From Mustelus asterias (taxonomy: Eukaryota), in NCBI RefSeq assembly GCF_964213995.1, contig NW_027591068.1, positions 62,001 through 122,681 on the forward strand: 60,681 bases of DNA. The letters are read 5' to 3'. This document shows positions 33,951 to 47,817 of the stretch, in pieces (positions within the stretch are counted from its first letter, which is position 1; each line of letters starts with the position of its first letter). The notes beneath the pieces were generated by a model. It was given only the letters and a program-made list of their open reading frames with translations. It had not been told where the DNA came from and did no database searches. A program made the translations under genes and the position numbers.

Positions 33951-36140
33951 CTGCCCCAGGCTCCTGTGAATTCCTCCAACTGGTATTTAATGTAGACTTG
34001 AATTGATTTATTTTAAAACGGTTTTTTTTAAACATATTGAGACTGGCCTGAAAGTGGTAGACTGGGGACTATCACACAGATGCTCTCAATCTGATGGTGT
34101 GGTGGTATTGTCACTGGACTGGGAGCCCAGAGTCCGAGGGTAATGCACTGGGCAGCCAGCTTCCAATCACACCACAGCAAATAGTGAAATCTCAATTCAA
34201 TAAAAATCTGTCATTAAAGGTCTGGTGATGACCATGAAACCATTGCCGTTAAAACCCATTTGGTTCCCCGATGCCCTTCAGAGAAGGAATTTATCCGACT
34301 CCAGAATAAGACCAGAGGATGCTGGAAAATCTCAGCAGGTCTGGTAGGACCTGTAAGTCTTTCATGTGAATCCAGGTCCACACGATGTGGTTGACTCTGG
34401 AATGGCCCAGCAAGCAAGCTGCTCAGTTCAAGGGCAGTTAGGGATAGACCGCAAGCAAGGAACTGGGAACAATCTGCACTAAATATTGGCCAGTTATTTT
34501 CAGTCTGGAAATGTAAAGCTGCCGTTTCGCTCTCAGTCAGGAACAGATCCCAGTTTTACACCAATCTCTGATTTAACAGCACATTGGAGAGCTGGTGCAG
34601 ACACGATGGGCCAAATGGCCTCCTGCACCAACACTATTCTGTGAAATCTTAGAAAAACAGGGAAATGCTGGAATTAAACTCAGCAGGTTCGGCAGCATCT
34701 GTGCAGAGAGAGAGAGAGAAACAGAGTTAACATTTCAGCTCTGTGACCTTTCCTGTGAACTGGGGAAAGTTCGAAATGTAACAGGTTTGGAGAAAGGGGC
34801 GGGTGGGACAGGGACTAAAGGAAGGTCTGTGAGAGGGTGGAAGACAGGAGAGATTGAATGAGAGAAAAGTGAACCCCCCCCCCCCCCAACCCGAGCCAAA
34901 GGGAATGGAGATGGAGCGAGAGAAGGAACAGAGAAACAGAAGCTGTGTCTGGAGCAGGGGGGCTGCCGACTGAAAGAAAGAAAAATGAAACAATCAAAGA
35001 AAAAGAAGCAGAACGGGCTGAGAGTTCACTCTCTGAAACTGTTGGACTGAATCTTGAGTCCAGAAGGCTGTAAAGTGTGGAGGGGGTGGGTGAGTGGGGG
35101 GGATGTTCTCCTGGACCTGCTCCAGACCCTGGTTAAAACAGTAACCAGTAGATCCAGGATGGGGGGGGGGGGGGGTCACTCTGGCTGATCTGCTGTGGTC
35201 TTGTCTGTGCCCAGCTCAATCTGATCTGTGCAACTCAAACACACTGGAGAGTGTTTGATAGGAAATGAAGATTGTGAATCTAACTCAGTGTGTGAACTCC
35301 CTCAGAGGCTCCCACACTGCATTCCAACAAACTGAGCTGGATTGGACTGAATGGGAAGTCATGGGAATGTAGCCCTCACTGACTTCATGCATCAAGTACA
35401 TTTCTGGATGGAAATTAGCTGCATCGACTCCAGCCTGGTTGTTGGTGTGAAACAGGAGCTGATGTCTATCTGTGTGTGTGTGTGTGAGTCCCTGCGTGCA
35501 GCTCCCAGAGAGTTTAAAATCCTGCATCTGTCTCTCTGCAGAGCTGCTGGTTAAAGACACACTTACAGCATTTATCAGACAGAAACTTCACTCTCATTCT
35601 CTCCCTCCCCTCCCCCAGCCAGTGCTTCTGTTTAAAAAACAGTTTAAACGCTTTATGTTGCAGCTCTGATCTCTGGTGAATCATTAACCACACACACACA
35701 TTCAGACACCCGGACAGACAGATTGTAAATCAGAAGTGGCAGTTGTAAATGCAGCAACAAAGAACTTTGCAAGATATTGTTTCAGTTCAGGCAACTTAAG
35801 GAAAAGTGAATTTTGCAAGAATCAGCAAAGGGTGCAAACCTGTAGCCGATGGAGTCCTGGATGAACAAGTTGTACAATCCACATTCAGACCTGGCCTCTC
35901 TCTCTCTCTGGCAGTGCAGGGCTGCGAGTTAATTGAAACCCATCTTCTCTCAGCTCCCAGTGCTGGTGATGTGAAGCTGGGAGTGGGGGGGGGAGGGAGA
36001 GCCTTGGGATAAACCATTTGCCTGGTGCTCACTAACCCCCACACACACAAACACCCCCCACACACTCAGAGACAGGTTGGTGTTGGACTGGCCCATACCT
36101 GGAGGAGGTGTGTTCAGGTGAGGTGTAGGAGATGTGGTTG

Positions 36141-36229
36141 GATAAGGATTGATTGGGGAGGTGTGGGACTCAGTGAGGTTATAAAAAGGCTGGCGATGCA
36201 TTGTCCAGTCTCTCTCTACACGTGGGTTG
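36141..36229 (+). promoter_or_regulatory. Candidate TATA promoter and short non-coding first exon
   Basis: GATAAG 36141, reverse CCAAT 36152, GGTGTGGG 36160, TATAAAAA 36180, donor TG|GTAAGT at 36229/36230. Confidence 0.45.
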
Positions 36230-36360
36230 GTAAGTATCAGGTAAGCTGTGTCTTTGTGACTGAGTGAGTCAGTGTGTGCTTGCATGGAGTTCCAGCTCTG
36301 ATATTTTAACCCCCCCTTTCCCAGCACAAAACCCCTGGCCAAGGATCTGTCTCCCCCACC

Positions 36361-36416
36361 ATGGGAGAGGGGATGGAAGGAGTTGGAGAGATCACCGAGG
36401 GAAAACATGTGCGATG
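36361..36416 (+). CDS. Candidate first coding exon of an unidentified gene
   Basis: Acceptor cctttcccAG (36324), Kozak CCACCATGG, MGEGMEGVGEITEGKHVR, donor TG|GTGAGT. Confidence 0.35.
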
Positions 36417-37101
36417 GTGAGTATGAACCTCTTCACTTTCTGTCTACACCTTTCCCACCTCAGCCCTGCTTTTCTCTCTGTTTGCAGCCTCCTCTCAATC
36501 TCCCTCTCCATCTTTCTCTCTCTCAACCTTTCTCTCTCTCAATCTCTCTGTCTTTCTCTCTCTAAATCTTTCTCTCTCTAAATCTNNNNNNNNNNNNNNN
36601 NNNNNNNNNNNNNNNNNNNNNNNNNNNNNNNNNNNNNNNNNNNNNNNNNNNNNNNNNNNNNNNNNNNNNNNNNNNNNNNNNNNNNNNNNNNNNNNNNNNN
36701 NNNNNNNNNNNNNNNNNNNNNNNNNNNNNNNNNNNNNNNNNNNNNNNNNNNNNNNNNNNNNNNNNNNNNNNNNNNNNNNNNNNNNNNNNNNNNNNNNNNN
36801 NNNNNNNNNNNNNNNNNNNNNNNNNNNNNNNNNNNNNNNNNNNNNNNNNNNNNNNNNNNNNNNNNNNNNNNNNNNNNNNNNNNNNNNNNNNNNNNNNNNN
36901 NNNNNNNNNNNNNNNNNNNNNNNNNNNNNNNNNNNNNNNNNNNNNNNNNNNNNNNNNNNNNNNNNNNNNNNNNNNNNNNNNNNNNNNNNNNNNNNNNNNN
37001 NNNNNNNNNNNNNNNNNNNNNNNNNNNNNNNNNNNNNNNNNNNNNNNNNNNNNNNNNNNNNNNNNNNNNNNNNNNNNNNNNNNNNNNNNNNNNNNNNNNN
37101 N

Positions 37102-38180
37102 CCTCCTGGGCTTTGCCCCCCCCTCCTGGGCTTTGCCCCCCCCTCCTGGGCTTTGCCCCCCCCTCCTGGGCTTTGCCCCCCCCCTCCTGGGCTTTGCCCC
37201 CCCCCTCCTGGGCTTTGCCCCCCCCCTCCTGGGCTTTGCCCCCCCCCTCCTGGGCTTTGCCCCCCCCCCTCCTGGGCTTTCCCCCCCCCCTTCCTGGGCT
37301 TTCCCCCCCCCCTTCCTGGGCTTTGCCCCCCCCCTCCTGGGCTTTGCCCCCCCCCTCCTGGGCTTTGCCCCCCCCTCCTGGGCTTTGCCCCCCCCCTCCT
37401 GGGCTTTGCCCCCCCCACCCCTGGGCATTGCCCCCCCCGCTTGCCCGCCCCCCGACTGCCCGCCCCCCGACTGCCCGCCCCCCGACTGCCCGCCCCCCGA
37501 CTGCCCGCCCCCCGACTGCCCGCCCCCCGACTGCCGCCGCCCCCGACTGCCCGCCCCCCGACTGCCCGCCCCCCGACTGCCCGCCCCCCGACTGCCCGCC
37601 CCCCGACTGCCCGCCCCCCGACTGCCCGCCCCCGACTGCCCGCCCCCCGACTGCCCGCCCCCGACTGCCCGCCCCCCGACTGCCCGCCCCCGACTGCCCG
37701 CCCCCCGACTGCCCGCCCCCCGACTGCCCGCCCCCCGACTGCCCGCCCCCCGACTGCCCGCCCCCGCTTGTTCCCCCCCCCCCGAGCTGTCCCCCCCTCT
37801 CAGACCCGCCCTGACCAATTCCTCTGAGACCCTCCAGTCCCACCAGGATTTCACCCCCCCTCCCCCCAAATCCCAGCCCTATCCATAGGGGCCCCTCCCC
37901 AGCTCCTGAACTCCTGTCCCCAAAACCCACCCCCACCGACAGACCCAAACCCCACCCCCACCGACAGACCCAAACACCACCCCCACCGACAGACCCAAAA
38001 CCCACCCCCACCGACAGACCCAGCCCCCACCGACAGACCCGAACCCCACAGCCACCCCCACCGACAGACCCGAACCCACCCCCACCGACAGACCCGAACC
38101 CCACCCCCACCGACAGACCCGAACCCCACCCCCACCGACAGACCCGAACCCCACACCCACCGACAGACCCAACCCCCACT
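37102..38180. repeat. Three adjacent C-rich minisatellites (~21, ~15 and ~23 bp units)
   Basis: (CCTCCTGGGCTTTGCCCCCC)n, (CCCCGACTGCCCGCC)n, (CCCCACCGACAGACCCGAACCCCA)n. Confidence 0.92.
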
Positions 38181-41100
38181 GAGCCTAATCCCCCCCGACT
38201 CCTGAACCCACTCCCAATCCTAAACCTGCCGCACTCAATCTCTCACCCCCAAATTCCCCTCTCCCCTCCAGGTTCCCCACCCCCCAAAACCCCCTTTAAA
38301 TCCCCACTGCCCAAACCCACTCTCAGTCCCTCCACTTAAACCCCTCTGAACCTCCCCTCTGCCCAATCTCTCTCTGCCCCTCCTCCCGATCCTCTCTGCC
38401 CCTCCCCTGATCCTCTCTGCCCAATCTTCTCCAATCCCAATTCCCCCCCCCCCCCCCACTCCAGCCAAATCTGTTGTCCCTCCTCACAATCCCTCTAAAT
38501 CTCCCGATCCTTCCCTCTGAGCCCCGTACCCCGCTCCCCCACTGCCCAAACCATCTTCAAAGCCCCCCGGCTGAATATCCCTCTAAGTTCCCCTCTTTCC
38601 CCCCACCCCTCTCAACCTGGCAAATTCCCACTCCCTCCCTGTGAACAGCCTCTGGACTGACAGATCCCCCCCCTTCTAATTAGTAACCCCCCCCCCCCCC
38701 CCCCCCCACCACACATCTATCCCCGTCCACCACCCCCTGTAAACAGCTCATGGTGGAGTTGGATGTGGAAACTCTGCCCATTTTAAACATTAACGTTCAA
38801 ACGACTAATTCCCCTGACACTGAGCAGCCTGTGTTATAACATCCCGCACCCCCATCCTGTACAACAGACCCCCTGTCTGATTCCCCCCCCCCCCCTCAAT
38901 TGCCCCCTTTCTCTGATAACCCCTGACTCTGGTCAGCCTGTGTTATAATATTCCCCCCTCTTGTACAACAGCCTCCCCCACCAGCCCCTTCCCTCTCTGT
39001 CTAATAGCCCCTGGCTCTGAACAAGCCCCTGTATTACACACTCCCCCCTTTCAGCAGTGCTGAATCCCTCTGAATTGCCCCCGATTCCCTCCCTCTGCGT
39101 TCCTGGGCCTTTGCTGCTTGTGAACAGCAAACCCGTGATCTGGCCCGTCCCCCACGAGAGAGCAGAGAGGGAGATAAGAGGCAGAGAAGCAGAGAGATAT
39201 AGAGATGGAGTTAGAGAGAATGCTACTGTAATTCAGACAGAATGATTCACAGAGAGAGGGAAGCAGAGATCAGATACAGAGAGAGATAAGAGGCAGAGAG
39301 ATATAGAGATGGAGATAGGATGCGACTGTAATTCAGACATTGATTCACAGAGAAGGGAGGGAGCAGAGATAAGAGACAGAGATATAGAGATGGAGTTAGT
39401 GAGGAATCTGCTGTGATTCAGACAATGATTCACAGAGAGAGGGAAGCAGAGAACAGATAGAGATATAGAGACAGAGGATGCTACTTTAATTCAAACAGAC
39501 TGAGTCAGGGGGAGGCAGAGATAGAGAGAGGGGGAAGCAGAGAGAGATAGAGAGAGTCAAGCAGATAGCTAGAGAGATAAGACAGAGAAGCAGAGTTAAA
39601 GTTCAAATTTTATTCGTCACAAGTAGGCTTACATTAACACTGCAATGAAGTTACTGTGAAAAGATGGAGATAGAGAGAATGCTGCTGTACTTCAGACAGA
39701 ATGAGTCAGAGAGGGAGCAGAGATAGATAGAGCGAGAGAGAGATGGAGAGGAGGCTGCTGTGATTGAGATAAAATGATCCACAGAGAGGGAGAGAGAGAT
39801 GTGCAGAGAGGCTGAGATACAAAGTGAGATGTCGAGATAAATAGAAAGTGGGGCTTTGGCAAGACAGTGACAAAGTTTCAGAGAGAGAGTGAAAGATAGA
39901 GAGAATGAGAGAAAAGGGAGAAAGATGCTGCCATTTTGAGAGGCTGAGGTATAAAGGATGGGGAGAGACAGGGATTGGAAAGATGTGGAGAAACAGTTCT
40001 GAGGATGGGGGAGTTGCACAGACAGAGCTTCAGGGAGAGGGATTGAAATCTGGGATTACATTGGAGCAGGGATCACTGGGAATACCCCCTCCCCCTGACA
40101 CACAGACCACTAACCCTCCGTGTAAAAGCCCCACCAGTCTATCTGTGAATAAAAATGAACGACCAAGACACGGGGACTTTTATTAATATTTTTCTCTCTG
40201 GTTATAGCTCTTGTCCGAGGATTCCTCACGGCAAAACTATTCGCTCTCTGCATCGCCAAAGTTTCCAAAGGAATTCTCCTTGGAAGAGAGAAAGAGAAAA
40301 TAAAGTGAAATTTGATTAAACACAAAACAAAAGCTGATTTAAAAACAATAAAAGGCACAGCAAGATCCCAGGACTTGCTGAAATTCACAATCTCACTGGG
40401 GGAGGTGGGGGAAACATTCATTTTCACCTCCTCATTATTAAACCCTGACAAAATGGGAACACGTTTCAAATGCAATGAACTTCCAACTGCCTCCTGACTG
40501 TCCCGATATTGAATTTATTAAACACGTCAAAGCATTCTGGGGGCTTTACTCCAGAGACAGGCCAGTGAAAAAACACAGGAGGCCCCAATGAAGTTCCCAC
40601 TTCTATCAGTCACCTCTCTCCCCTCACTCTGTTTCTCCCTCTCCGTCTCTTACACACTTCCCCCCAGATCTCTATCTGTCCAATACCCCGTCTCTGCTCC
40701 TGTCTCTGGATAACCTGTCCTGATCTCTGCTCTGTTTCTCTATCTCGAGGCGAATCTGGATTGAAATGCTCTCTCTAAGTTTCTGTCTGACCGTTTAAAA
40801 TAAAACTCACAATCAAAAGGGAAATGAGAAGGGGGCGGGAGCTGGAAAATCCACAATCCCACCCTGAAGCGGCTGCTTCACATTTTATTGAACCATTGAA
40901 TTCAGCCACTTAAACCCTGTTGGGGAATTAAGCGAATGCAAAAGTGCTGCTGAGATTTAGGCCGTGAAGTGAGGCCTAGTCACAGAGGCTGCATTATTCC
41001 TCCGGTAGAAAGAACAAACCCCCCTCTCTCCCACCCCCCAGTTAAACAGAACAATCTTCTCCATCCACACCCACAAATCCCAGCGCCCTGTCTAAAAACA

Positions 41101-44100
41101 CAAGCAGGACTCTGGGATTGAGAACAAGCCTTTCCCCCAGGCTCAGGAATTTGAATTTCAGCTCCCTCTCCCTCCCGAGTGCTTCACAGTGAGAGAGAGA
41201 GAGACTGGGAATGCTGCAATCAGGATCCCACAGGGAGTCCCACACTGCAGGAGGACACCCCCCCCCCCACCCCCAGAGCCTCTGTCTCTATCCCCCTACC
41301 CCCCCCTCCACTGAGCCCCCCCACACTCCCCACCCATTCTCTGTTCCTCTCTCTCTACCCCACCCTCCTTCCTCTCCATCTTTTCATGTTTAAAGTGTGG
41401 GGCGCTGTCACAGTGCAGGGAATATGGGGCGGGGAGGAGGGCACAGCAAGATCCCACACACAGTCTGAGCAGGGCCAGATACAAAGTGATTTTTAAGTGA
41501 GGATTGGGCTAAAGTGAGTGGGCAATGAGGGAACCACACTTCTCCCTCTCTCTCCCTCGCTCCCCCCCTCCATCTCTTCCCCCACCCCAAATAAAAATAA
41601 TGACAAGTCACTCCAGGATTGGGGCTGTTTGTACATTCGATATGAACAGGGAACCTTCCACTTCGAGCACAGTCACACCTCTCTCTCCCATTCCCTCTGT
41701 CTCTCGCTGTTTCTTTCTCTCTGCCTGTTTCTCTGCCTCTATCTCTGAACCTGTCCAGCCCCCTCTGTGTCTCTTTTGCTTTCCCCCCAGATCTATATAT
41801 ATATATATATCCAAACCCCATCTCTGCCCCGGTCTCTCTTGCTCTGGATAATCTGTCCTGATCTCTGCTCTGTTTCTCCGTCTGGGGATGAATGGGGATT
41901 AAAATGCTCTCTCTGATAAGTTTCTGTCTGACCGTTTCAAATAATGACGTGTCGTGGGCCACGTTTGCTATTTCTCAGTGATTTCCATGGGGAAATGGGG
42001 AGGGAAGCTCCTCCTGCAAAGCCACATCTCTCTCACTGCAATGTGGCAGCAGCCAGATTCCAATATCTTTATATTGGGAAAAAATCTTTTCAAACACAAC
42101 AGCACAGATTCAGCCTCAGTCACACAGCCGCTGGTTACAAATCCCACCTTCTGGGAGGCTGTGAGTGAGGGTCTTTTCCCCAGAGACTGGGGAGCTGGGC
42201 TGTGAGTGCAGAGCAGAGGACCCCCCCCTAACCCACCCCGCCCCTCCAGTGTGTCTCCTCTCCCTGCCCCTCTGCCTTTGATCTCCCTCTGTTACCCTCC
42301 CTTTCTCTCTCCCTCCCTGATAACTCACAATCAAAGGAGAAAGATGGGAGAGAGAGATACAGCAGGAAAACCCACAATCACATCCCCAATCCGATGGATT
42401 AAAGCGGCTGCTGCTGGTTTTATTCGGCTGCCTTTCTCTCTCTCTCTCTCTGTCTTTCTCTCCTTCCCCCCCTCCCTGTCTTTCTCTGTCTCTGTCTGTC
42501 TTTCCCTCCCTCCCTGTCTCTCTCTTTCTCTCTCTCTGTCTTTCCCTCCCTGAAATTAAATCAAAAAAATTCACATTGGTGTTTTCCTTCACATTTGATT
42601 GAAAGGTGAAATATAGACAGGAATGTCTGGGGAGAGAGAGAGAGGGGAGGGGTGCAGAGATTGGGAAGAACGCTGGAGAGACAGACAGGGAAATTATGAA
42701 CCCTCCATCCAAATAGAAATTCCTGGGAAAAGAGAGAGGAGAATCTGGAGTCACACAGCACAGAAACAGGCCCTTTGGCCCACCAGGTCTATGCTGGCCG
42801 TCAAATCCCAATCTATCCTCCCCCCATTCCCCAGCACTTGCTGCACAGCCTACGATGCCTCGCTAATTTAAGTGCTTTAATTTACCCGACCCCCGTTTCC
42901 ACTTTCTTTCCTTTGAACCCACTTTGCGGTCCGTGAGCAAGATTTTGTTTAATAAAGTGTGGTCGCTGTTGCAGTGCGAGCAAAGGCCACAGGCCCAGTG
43001 TGTGCACAGCAAGATCCCACAACAGCAGCAGCAACAATGTGAACCTGAATCAGATGGGACACAGTCCCCCCCAACACACACCCAACACTCTCCTGCTGTG
43101 AGCCCNNNNNNNNNNNNNNNNNNNNNNNNNNNNNNNNNNNNNNNNNNNNNNNNNNNNNNNNNNNNNNNNNNNNNNNNNNNNNNNNNNNNNNNNNNNNNNN
43201 NNNNNNNNNNNNNNNNNNNNNNNNNNNNNNNNNNNNNNNTCCCAAATTTTCAGAAAGGGTTGAACTCCCTCTTAAAACGAAGCCAAACCCTTTTTAAAAC
43301 ACAATCTCTGTGGTGCTCTGGAAGATCCCAGAAGGTGCAGTTCGCTGTGTTGTGTGTTTTAATTTGGGAAATGTTTATACAGAGGGAGAGTGAGGCAGAG
43401 AGGGGCTGAGGCAGTGAAATCCACCCCCCCCCCCCCCTCGCCCCGGGACCCTCAGAATTGAATCATAACGTGTAGGGCCACACGGGGGCACAGTGGTTGG
43501 CGCTGCTGCCTCAAAGCTCCAGGGACCCGGGTTCAATTCCCGGCTCGGGTCACTGTGATCCTGTGTCTCTTCCCCCACCCCCTCACTGCACCTCACCCAC
43601 TGCACCCCCACAAACCTCACCTCTTGCTTTCTTTTCCAGTTTTCCCCCTCTCTCTCTCCCACTCCCTCCATCTTTCTCTCTCACTCCCTGTCTGCCTTTC
43701 TCTCTCTCTCTCCGTCCATCTTTCTCTCTCTCCCACTCCCTCCATCTTTCTCTCTCTCTCCCTCACACTGTTTCTCTCTCTCTTTATCCCTGCCTGTCTC
43801 TCTCTCTCTCACTGTCTTTCCCCCTCTTTCTCTCTCTCTCTCTCTCTGTCTTTCCCTCTCTCTCTCTTTCTCCCTCCCTCCCTGTCTTTCTCTTTCTCTC
43901 TCAGAGACTGGGAATGCTGCAATCAGGATCCCACAGGGAGTCCCACACTGCAGGAGGACACCCCCCCACCCCCAGAGCCTCTGTCTCTGTCCCCCTACCC
44001 CCCTCCACTGAGCCCCCCCACACTCCCCACCCCTTCTCTGTTCCTCTCTCTACCCCACCCTCCTTCCCCTCCATCTTTTCATGTTTAAAATGTGGGGCGC

Positions 44101-46044
44101 CGTCACGGTGCGGGAAATATGAGGAGGGGAGGAGGGGGGACAGAGCATGAGGGCACAGCAAGATCCCACACACACAGTCTGAGCAGGGCCAGATAGATAC
44201 AAAGTGATTTTTAAATGAGGATTGGGGTAAAGTGAGTGGGAAATGAGGGAACCACACGTCTCCCTCTCTCTCCCTCCACACGAGAGACCCCCAGATCCTG
44301 TGTCTCTTCCCCCACCCCCTCACTGCACCCCCCACAAACCTCACCTCTTGCTGCCCTTTCCTGCTCTCCCTCACTCTCCCCTCTCTGTCTCTCTCTCCCT
44401 TTCTCTCTCTCCCCCCCTCTCTGTCTCTTTCTCTCTGTCTCTCTGTAATATGGTTATGAAGCTGCATATATAAGGTTAAAGATGTGGTGTTTGAGAAATG
44501 TAAATATTGAAAAGAAATGCTGAGAAAACCAAAACGAACCATCCAGCGTTGTGTCTTTAGAAAGCCACACCCACAGATCCCAGCGCCCTGTCTAAAAACA
44601 CAAGCAGGACTCTGGGATTGAGAACAAGCCTTTCCCCCAGGCTCAGGAATTTGAATTTCAGCTCCCTCTCCCTCCCGAGTGCTTCACAGTGAGAGGGAGA
44701 GAGACTGGGAATGCTGCAATCAGGATCCCACAGGGAGTCCCACACTGCAGGAGGACACCCCCCACCCCCAGAGCCTCTGTCTCTATCCCCCTACCCCCCT
44801 CCACTGAGCCCCCCCACACTCCCCACCCATTCTCTGTTCCTCTCTCTCTACCCCACCCGCCTTCCCCTCCATCTTTTCATGTTTAAAGCATGGGGCTCTG
44901 TCATAGTGTGAGGAATATGGGGCAGGGGGACAGAGCATGAGTGCACAGCAAGATCCCACACACAGCTTGAACAGGGCCAGATACAAAGTGATTTTGAAGT
45001 GAGGATTGGGGTGAAGTGAGTGGGAAATGAGGGAACGACACGTCTCCCTCTCTCTCCCCTCCATCTCTCCCCCACCCCAAATGAAAATAATAAGTCACTC
45101 CAGCATTGGTGCTGTTAGTACATTCGATCTGAACAGGGAACCTTCCACTTCGAGCAGAGTCCCACCTCTCTCTGATTCCCTCTTTCTCTCGCTGTTTCTC
45201 TCTCCCTCTATCTCTGAACCTGTCCAGCCCCCTCTGTGTCTCTTTTGCTTTCCCCCCAGATCTATATATATCCAAACCCCATCTCTGCCCCGGTCTCTCC
45301 TACTCTGGATAATCTGTCCTGATCTCTGCTCTGTTTCTCCGTCTGGGGATGAATGGGGATTAAAATGCTCTCTCTGATAAGTTTCTGTCTGACCGTTTCA
45401 AATAATGACGTGTTGTGGGCCACGTTTGCTATTTCTCAGTGATTTCCATGGGGAAATGGGGAGGGAAGCTCCTCCTGCAAAGCCAGATCTCTCTCTCACT
45501 GCAATGTGGCAGCAGCCAGATTCCAATATCTTTACAACACATCAAATATGAGGAAAATATATTTTCAAACACAACAGCACAGATTCAGCCTCAGTGACAC
45601 AGTCGCTGTTTCTAAATCCCACCTTCTGGGAGGCTGTGAGTGAGGGTCTTTATCTCAGAGTAAAGTATAAAGTAAAGTTTATTTCTTAGTCACAAGTAAG
45701 GCTTACATTAACACTGCAATGAAGTTACTGTGAAATTCTCCTAGTCGCCACACTCTGGTGCCTGTTAATGCACCAGAGTGGGTTAATGCACCGAACCAGA
45801 GACTGGGGAGCTGGGTGGGCTGTGAGTGCACAGCGGAGGCTCCCCCCCCCCCCCCAGCTAACCCACTCCCCTCCAATCTCTCTCCTCTCCCTGCCCCTCT
45901 GCCTTTGCCCTCTCTCTCTCTCTCTGTTACCATCCCTTTCTCTCTCTCTCTCTCTCTCCCTCCCTGATAACTCACAATCACGGGAGAAAGATTGAAGAGA
46001 AAGAGATATAGCAGGAAAACCCACAATCACATCCCAAATCCAAT

Positions 46045-46500
46045 GAAAGGGTTGACCAGGATGTTGCCTGGTATGGAGGGTATTGGCTGTGAGGATTGAT
46101 TGAATAAACTGGGATTGTTCTCCCTGGAAAGACGGAGGCTGAGGGACGACCAGCTGGAAGTTTATAAAATTATGAGGGGTGTGGCGAGGATAAACAGTTG
46201 GGAGCTTTTTCCCAGGACAGAAATGATAATTACAAGGGGAACAAGTTCAAGATAAGGGGGGAAAGGTTGAGTGGAGATGTGCGGGGAAGGTTTTTACACA
46301 GAGGGTGGTGGGGGCCTGGAATGCGCTGCCAAGTGAGGTGGTTGGGGCAGATACATTAGTGACATTTAAGACTTATCTGGATAGACACATGAACAAACGG
46401 GGTAGAGAGGGATACAGGCCATTGGTCTCGATAGGTAAACATGATCGGCGCAGGCTTGGAGGGCCAAAGGACCTGTTCCTGTGCTGTGCTGTTCTTTGTA
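46045..46500 (+). mobile_element. CR1 LINE 3' fragment
   Basis: FFTQRVVGAWNALPSEVVGADTLVTFKTYLDRHM plus tail. Confidence 0.88.
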
Positions 46501-47539
46501 TTAAAGTGTCTGCTGCAGGTTTTATTCGACCGTCGAGTCCCATCGATTTAAACACAGGCACTGTTTGGAAAAGGAGCAAAATGCAAAAGCCTTCCTGAGG
46601 TTAGGCCTGGGATTGAGGCCTGGTCACAGAGGCTGCATTATACATCCTGGACAAAGAACAGGTTCCCCAGGCCCCGGCCAGTTCACCAGAACAATCCCCT
46701 CCAGTCCCGAAACCTCCCGGACAGGGCCTGGGAGGAGGGAGGGGGGAAAAGGGAACCTGTGGTGCCCCCACCCCCTTTCCCCTTCCACCCTCCCCTCACA
46801 CCGCACGCAGCCCCCATTACAGAATCACAGAATCCTACAGTACAGAAGGAGGCCATTCGGCCCATCAGGTCTACACCAACCACATTCCCATCCAGGCCCC
46901 ATCCTNNNNNNNNNNNNNNNNNNNNNNNNNNNNNNNNNNNNNNNNNNNNNNNNNNNNNNNNNNNNNNNNNNNNNNNNNNNNNNNNNNNNNNNNNNNNNNN
47001 NNNNNNNNNNNNNNNNNNNNNNNNNNNNNNNNNNCTCTCCCGATCTCTCTCTCCCTGTCCAATATTGTTATGAAGTTGCGTATATCAGGTTAAAAATGTG
47101 GTGTTTGACAAATGAAAATATTGAAAAGAAATGCTGAGAAAACCAAAACGAACCATCCAGCGTTGTGTCTTTAGAAAGCCTGTGTCTCTGTGCTGGGGAT
47201 TTTAAACTGCAGAAAGCAGGGCTGCAGAACACAACTTTACAACATTTGTGTCCAAAGCAGCAGCCAGAGTCCCAGCAGAGCAAAACAGGCTTTGAACTGG
47301 ACCGATGATTTTAAAACAAGCTCTCAAACGCACACAACCAATTGCATTCAAATTGGGGCGTTGGTGACAGCCTCAAGCCACTCAAATTGCAGGAATACTG
47401 TGAGGAAATTCTGGGTATTTAAACCTGGGACAGGGGGAAATAACGGGGAGGGAGCGACCTTGCTGCCTCTTTAGATTGAAGGGGGGAGAGTCTGATACTG
47501 AATCCTGCAGTAATATATACAGCTTCATCACATCACCAT

Positions 47540-47642
47540 CTAAATAGAAGCAGAAACCAACTCAGAAAGTATTCCAGACCCAAGCAGCAGAAGCAAGTTC
47601 ACACTTCCAACAGACGCCTGGTTATTCGAGGGTGACTCTATT
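47540..47642 (-). CDS. Possible terminal exon encoding a GPI-signal-like C-terminus
   Basis: cattacAG|a IESPSNNQASVGSVNLLLLLGSGILSELVSASI*. Phase matches the repeated exons upstream; polypyrimidine tract is weak. Confidence 0.3.
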
Positions 47643-47817
47643 CTGTAATGATTTATTTCATTATTCCTGAGTGAGTCTTGTCCTTGGAACAGCATTCTAT
47701 TGGGGAGTTTATTCAGTTTGTTCATTGTTTTAATAAGGTTGTCACCCAGTCTAAATTAAAGACCTGTTTGGTTGTTCCTGATGGAGAGAGTGTCAGATCT
47801 TGCTTTAATTTACCAAT

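Noticed and set aside
36495-38179. ORFs of 220-530 aa
   Set aside because: Minisatellites plus an N gap; not coding evidence.
41184-41190. CACAGTG (also at ~44685)
   Set aside because: No nonamer at 12 or 23 bp and no adjacent gene segment.
41608-41700. VLEVEGSLFISNVQ, Ig-strand-like peptide on -
   Set aside because: Stop follows at once, no DxGxYxC motif or splice sites, and the duplicate at ~45100 does not conserve it.
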